In this document: one piece after another, positions 38,232 to 39,467 of the stretch
How positions within the stretch are numbered: position 1 is the first letter of the stretch
How the letters are laid out: each line of letters begins with the position of its first letter
Notes under the pieces: generated by a model
What the model saw: the letters and a program-made list of their open reading frames with translations, nothing else
What the model was told of the DNA's origin: nothing
The model's database searches: none
Made by a program: the position numbers and the translations under genes
Virus record (IMG/VR): IMGVR_UViG_2706794683_000014
DNA: 39,467 nucleotides
Reading direction: 5' to 3' (one strand)
From: a virus
Taxonomy: Duplodnaviria; Heunggongvirae; Uroviricota; Caudoviricetes

Positions 38232-39467
38232 ATGTCTAAATTACCAACAGGTGTCGAGATTCGAGGTAAATACATTCGCATCTGGTTCATGTTTCGAGGA
38301 AAACGATGTCGGGAAACATTGAAAGGCTGGGAGGTTACTAACAGTAACATTAAAAAAGCCGGGAATTTAAGAGCGTTGATAGTTCATGAAATCAATTCCG
38401 GTGAGTTTGAGTATTTAAGACGTTTTCCCCAGTCCAGCACTGGGGCAAAAATGGTGACAACGAGGGTCATAAAAACGTTCGGGGAGCTTTGTGATATCTG
38501 GACAAAAATTAAAGAAACAGAGTTAACAACAAACACAATGAAGAAAACGAAATCACAATTAAAAACACTCAGGATAATAATTTGTGAGAGTACTCCGATA
38601 TCGCATATTCGTTATAGCGATATCTTAAACTACCGGAATGAACTGCTGCATGGAGAAACGCTTTACCTGGATAATCCAAGATCCAACAAAAAAGGAAGAA
38701 CCGTGCGCACAGTTGATAACTATATCGCCCTGCTCTGTTCGTTGTTACGTTTTGCGTATCAGTCGGGATTTATATCAACCAAACCATTTGAAGGAGTAAA
38801 GAAATTACAGAGAAACAGAATAAAGCCTGACCCGTTATCTAAAACAGAATTCAATGCATTAATGGAAAGTGAAAAAGGACAGAGCCAGAACTTGTGGAAA
38901 TTTGCCGTATACTCCGGGCTTCGTCACGGGGAACTGGCTGCTCTGGCGTGGGAGGATGTGGATTTCGAGAAGGGAGTTGTGAATGTCAGAAGAAACCTGA
39001 CGATACTGGATATGTTCGGTCCCCCAAAAACAAATGCGGGGATCCGGACGGTAACACTACTGCAGCCTGCTCTTGAAGCACTGAAGGAGCAATACAAACT
39101 GACCGGGCATCATCGCAAAAGCGAAATCACTTTTTATCATCGGGAGTACGGCAGAACCGAAAAGCAAAAACTGCATTTTGTTTTCATGCCCAGAGTGTGT
39201 AACGGAAAACAGAAACCTTATTACTCGGTAAGCAGTTTGGGTGCGAGATGGAATGCAGCAGTAAAACGTGCTGGTATTCGCCGCCGTAATCCGTACCATA
39301 CGCGGCATACTTTTGCCTGCTGGCTGTTGACGGCAGGAGCGAACCCGGCGTTTATAGCCAGCCAGATGGGGCATGAAACTGCGCAGATGGTGTATGAAAT
39401 TTACGGTATGTGGATTGATGACATGAACGACGAACAGGTAGCCATGTTGAATGCGCGGTTATCGTAG
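38232..39467 (+). CDS. intR: Tyrosine integrase
   Basis: 411 aa; MSKLPTGVEIRGKYIRIWFMFRGKRCRETLKGW... with C-terminal catalytic region (…HTRHTFACWLL…); matches recalled K-12 IntR. Confidence 0.95.
   Translation: MSKLPTGVEIRGKYIRIWFMFRGKRCRETLKGWEVTNSNIKKAGNLRALIVHEINSGEFEYLRRFPQSSTGAKMVTTRVIKTFGELCDIWTKIKETELTTNTMKKTKSQLKTLRIIICESTPISHIRYSDILNYRNELLHGETLYLDNPRSNKKGRTVRTVDNYIALLCSLLRFAYQSGFISTKPFEGVKKLQRNRIKPDPLSKTEFNALMESEKGQSQNLWKFAVYSGLRHGELAALAWEDVDFEKGVVNVRRNLTILDMFGPPKTNAGIRTVTLLQPALEALKEQYKLTGHHRKSEITFYHREYGRTEKQKLHFVFMPRVCNGKQKPYYSVSSLGARWNAAVKRAGIRRRNPYHTRHTFACWLLTAGANPAFIASQMGHETAQMVYEIYGMWIDDMNDEQVAMLNARLS

Larger units (their letters stand above)
1..39467 (-). mobile_element. Rac-family lambdoid prophage (tail-to-integrase span; left end continues beyond the window)
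   Basis: Contiguous phage modules in canonical lambdoid order; recE, recT, intR, trkG, kilR, racR, sieB and ydaS/T/U/V products recognised from memory of E. coli K-12 Rac; integrase stop codon is at the right window edge (39465..39467). Confidence 0.9.

Noticed and set aside
1-39467. CRISPR arrays, insertion sequences, rRNA genes
   Set aside because: No direct-repeat/spacer periodicity, no transposase-like ORFs with terminal inverted repeats, and no rRNA-like sequence were seen.

Overview
The window is almost entirely one lambdoid prophage of the Rac family (Escherichia coli type), read in inverted orientation, with its integrase stop codon at the window's right edge (39465..39467) and its tail genes running off the left edge. 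Many proteins are recognisable from memory as Rac genes of E. coli K-12 (recE 866 aa, recT 269 aa, intR 411 aa, trkG 485 aa, kilR, racR, ydaS/T/U/V, sieB). Unlike the deleted K-12 copy, this one carries a full morphogenesis set. Order left to right: lambda-like tail genes (K, L, M, H, G/GT, V, U, Z-like), head genes (P22-coat-like capsid, scaffold, portal), terminase, a ParB-like / glycosyltransferase-like pair, trkG, a phage-21-type lysis cassette, two TolA-domain lipoproteins, a Q-like antiterminator, nin-region genes, an AT-rich accessory island, replication genes, the racR/ydaS/ydaT immunity region, kilR-racC-recE-recT-ralR, then xis and int. The main candidate for an undescribed system is the AT-rich two-gene cassette at 25542..27581: one protein has an R-x4-H (HEPN-like) motif and the other a GNAT-like motif. 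Other leads are the tandem TolA domain-III lipoproteins, the ParB-like / glycosyltransferase-like pair beside terminase, and a yeaR-like gene with an NsrR-like operator. Four runs of N (250-326 nt) mask parts of four genes. Everything is from reading the sequence and recalled protein families; no searches were run, and coordinates of small features may be off by a few bases.
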